Position numbers and translations under genes: made by a program. Source: Candidatus Latescibacterota bacterium (lineage in GTDB: Bacteria > Latescibacterota > UBA2968). From it: DNA of 48,500 nt. The notes under the pieces were generated by a model. The model made no database searches, was not told where the DNA came from, and saw only the letters and a list, made by a program, of their open reading frames with translations. Positions 48,355 to 48,500 of this stretch are shown piece by piece. The stretch is taken from positions 1 to 48,500 of the forward strand of contig JAYODI010000038.1 in the NCBI GenBank assembly GCA_038279365.1, read 5' to 3'. Position 1 is the stretch's first letter; each line of letters begins with the position of its first letter.

Positions 48355-48500
48355 CCTGGGGCAGAAATAAAACATTTGTCTTTTAAATGTCAATATAAAT
48401 TTTGTTTTTTTATGAATTTTTTTTTTATCATTAAAATTGATAAAGGTTTGTTTAAGTTTTGTTTTTTAAAAACGGTTTTGTGGTTGAAAAGGTTGCCCAA

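Overview
Bacterial chromosomal window from a diderm organism, about 41 CDSs; no rRNA, tRNA, CRISPR array or mobile element was recognised. The lineage cannot be fixed from sequence alone. Short RpoD-type sigma factors, a type-B L31, an Asp-type MurA and a Minf_1886-family gene loosely suggest an FCB/PVC-related lineage such as Latescibacterota (inference). Layout: (1) 1-6237, a co-oriented redox cluster: 5'-truncated multiheme cytochrome c (11 visible CXXCH), outer-membrane beta-barrel, membrane-anchored ferredoxin fused to an apparently circularly permuted TrxR-fold flavoprotein, His-rich inner-membrane protein and a 20-heme cytochrome c. This is the best candidate for an undescribed system, a possible NAD(P)H-to-cell-surface electron conduit. 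(2) 6.4-14.3 kb housekeeping: secDF, polyprenyl synthase, prmC, prfA, rpmE, rho. (3) 14.6-31.2 kb C/N regulation: kinase-receiver-glgC-lon-glnD; a divergent kinase/NtrC-type pair followed by a sigma54 promoter with tandem enhancer-like sites ahead of a PTS IIA + sigma70-family pair; HU; glnA. (4) 31.6-43.6 kb: larC, Minf_1886 family, M23 peptidase, rlmN, murA, cca, fliL, VOC protein, a second sigma factor behind a receiver-less sigma54 activator, PilZ. (5) 43.7-48.5 kb iron-related: two divergent ferritins and a porin / FMN-binding / PepSY-Asp-box operon with a structured leader and palindromic operator candidates. All calls come from motif reading, with no database searches.
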